DNA of 64,000 nucleotides from Candidatus Polarisedimenticolia bacterium (GTDB lineage Bacteria; Acidobacteriota; Polarisedimenticolia; Gp22-AA2): NCBI GenBank assembly GCA_036001465.1, contig DASYUH010000040.1, positions 11,466 to 75,465 of the forward strand, read 5' to 3'. Shown piece by piece: positions 62,919 to 64,000 of this stretch (position 1 is its first letter; each line of letters starts with the position of its first letter). The notes under the pieces were generated by a model. It saw only the letters and a program-made list of their open reading frames with translations, ran no database searches and was not told where the DNA came from. The position numbers and the translations under genes were made by a program.

Positions 62919-63650
62919 ATGGCGAACCCGAGTCCCGCGCGCGAGGGGGTGCTCTCCACCACTACCTTTCCAGGCCTCATCTATTCCATCCTGAGCCGGA
63001 AGGAGACGGGCGTTCTCACCCTCACCGGCGACACCATCGAAAAGTCGATTTTCATCCAGGCCGGACGGCCCGTCTTCGCCACGTCCAATGATCGCGACGA
63101 CCGGCTGGGGCAGATCTTCTTCAAGGCAGGGCTGGTCTCCCTGGAGGGCCTGATCCAGACGGTCGAGCGCGCCGCGCAGGAAAACAAGCGACTCGGAACC
63201 GTCTTCGTGGAGTCGGGCCTCATCCAGGCGCACGATCTCGTCGAGGGGGTCCGGGCCCAGGTCCGGAACATCGTCTGCAGTCTGTTCCTCTGGACCAGCG
63301 GCCGGTATCGCTACCGGCCGGGGCCCCTCCCTTCAGACGAGGTCATCACCCTGAAGCTGAGCGCCGGGAACACCATTCTCGAGGGGATCCGCCGGATCGA
63401 GAGGTGGGAACGGATCTGGGAGGCGGTCGGCGGCCTGGAGGTCAAATATCAGACGACCACCGGGATCGAGGACATCAGCCGTGACCTGACCCTGTCCCTC
63501 GACGAGTGGACACTCCTGTCCTGCTGCGAGAGACCGATCCCCCTGCGCGAGCTGTGCCGGTCGTCGACGTTGAAGGATTTCGAGATTTGCCGGCTCCTGT
63601 GGGCGCTGATGACGCTCGGTATCGTGGTGCGCACCTCACACCTGAGCTGA
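62919..63650 (+). CDS. DUF4388 (PATAN-like) domain protein
   Basis: Motifs resembling DUF4388/PATAN (GVLTLTGDTIEKSIFIQAGRPVFATSN...RLGQIF). Assignment from memory, so moderate. Confidence 0.5.
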   Translation: MANPSPAREGVLSTTTFPGLIYSILSRKETGVLTLTGDTIEKSIFIQAGRPVFATSNDRDDRLGQIFFKAGLVSLEGLIQTVERAAQENKRLGTVFVESGLIQAHDLVEGVRAQVRNIVCSLFLWTSGRYRYRPGPLPSDEVITLKLSAGNTILEGIRRIERWERIWEAVGGLEVKYQTTTGIEDISRDLTLSLDEWTLLSCCERPIPLRELCRSSTLKDFEICRLLWALMTLGIVVRTSHLS

Positions 63651-64000
63651 TCCCGGCTTCCCCGTCTCGTCGATCGCCCCCAGGAGGTCTCGGACCGTCA
63701 GGGTCGCCGCCCCGATCTTTCCCACGACGACACCCGCGGCGTGGTTGGCGAAGACGGCCGCCTCCGCCATTGTGGCCCCCGCGGCCACCGACAGGGCCAG
63801 GGTCGCCGCGACGGTATCCCCCGCCCCTGTCACGTCGAAGACCTCGCGCGCACTGGCTGGAATGGAGAGCGATCCCCCGTCCCTCTCGAGCAGGAGCATG
63901 CCATGCTCCCCCCGGGTGATGAGGAGGAACGGGCATCCGAGCATTCCGAGGATCCGCCGGCCGAGCGACTCGAATTCCTCTCCGGTGCGCGCCACGCCGC
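63636..64000 (-). CDS. PfkB-family carbohydrate kinase, 5'-partial (possibly RfaE/HldE heptose kinase domain)
   Basis: PfkB signature DVTGAGDTVAATLALSVAAG. Gene continues past the window end. Confidence 0.7.
   Translation of the reverse strand, partial: GVARTGEEFESLGRRILGMLGCPFLLITRGEHGMLLLERDGGSLSIPASAREVFDVTGAGDTVAATLALSVAAGATMAEAAVFANHAAGVVVGKIGAATLTVRDLLGAIDETGKPGSAQV

Overview
This is a high-GC (about 68-70 %) bacterial chromosomal segment, densely packed with genes on both strands. Many adjacent genes are translationally coupled through ATGA, TGATG or GTGA start/stop overlaps. Gene content suggests a Gram-negative lineage of the Acidobacteria or Myxococcota type, but this cannot be proven from sequence alone.

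Recognisable housekeeping blocks:
- The window opens inside a secreted S8 subtilisin gene.
- An iscR-iscS-iscA Fe-S cluster operon.
- A lipoate and 2-oxoacid dehydrogenase supercluster: lpd, two E1 alpha genes, E1 beta, E2, lipB and lipA.
- A cluster of NifU-type scaffold, nuoI, nuoB, a MidA-like methyltransferase, apbC/mrp and a SurA-like isomerase.
- moaA, a [2Fe-2S] ferredoxin and ridA.
- A compact Kdo/LPS cluster: kdsB, pyrG, kdsA, kdsD, kdsC and lapA.
- A helicase of the DinG family, an acyl-CoA synthetase, two MFS transporters, thiO, bcp, aspA/fumC-type lyase, trmB and an enzyme of the PfkB sugar kinase family that runs off the window end.

Most interesting accessory features:
1. A three-gene coupled operon of a secreted PFA-DSP-like CX5R phosphatase, a secreted CotH-like atypical kinase and a DUF4956 membrane protein, sitting just downstream of the subtilisin.
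2. A 2.3 kb low-GC islet inserted between iscR and lipA. It carries a class II (N-terminally autoinhibited) Fic protein with its own strong sigma70-like promoter, a small K/R-rich protein, a secreted four-cysteine protein and a possible transposase HTH remnant.
3. A roughly 30 nt sequence element recurring at least three times directly 5' of start codons, with palindromic relatives between convergent genes and before kdsC.
4. A 558 aa tandem-fused double ThyX-like protein.
5. An IS1/IS1595-like transposase singleton.
6. A DUF4154 (YfiR-like) protein, a hybrid histidine kinase and a response regulator with a C-terminal four-cysteine domain.
7. An HTH-XRE/TPR regulator divergent from a DUF4388 (PATAN-like) protein.

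No rRNA, tRNA or CRISPR arrays were detected by eye. Many long ORFs in the six-frame track are GC-driven antisense artefacts.
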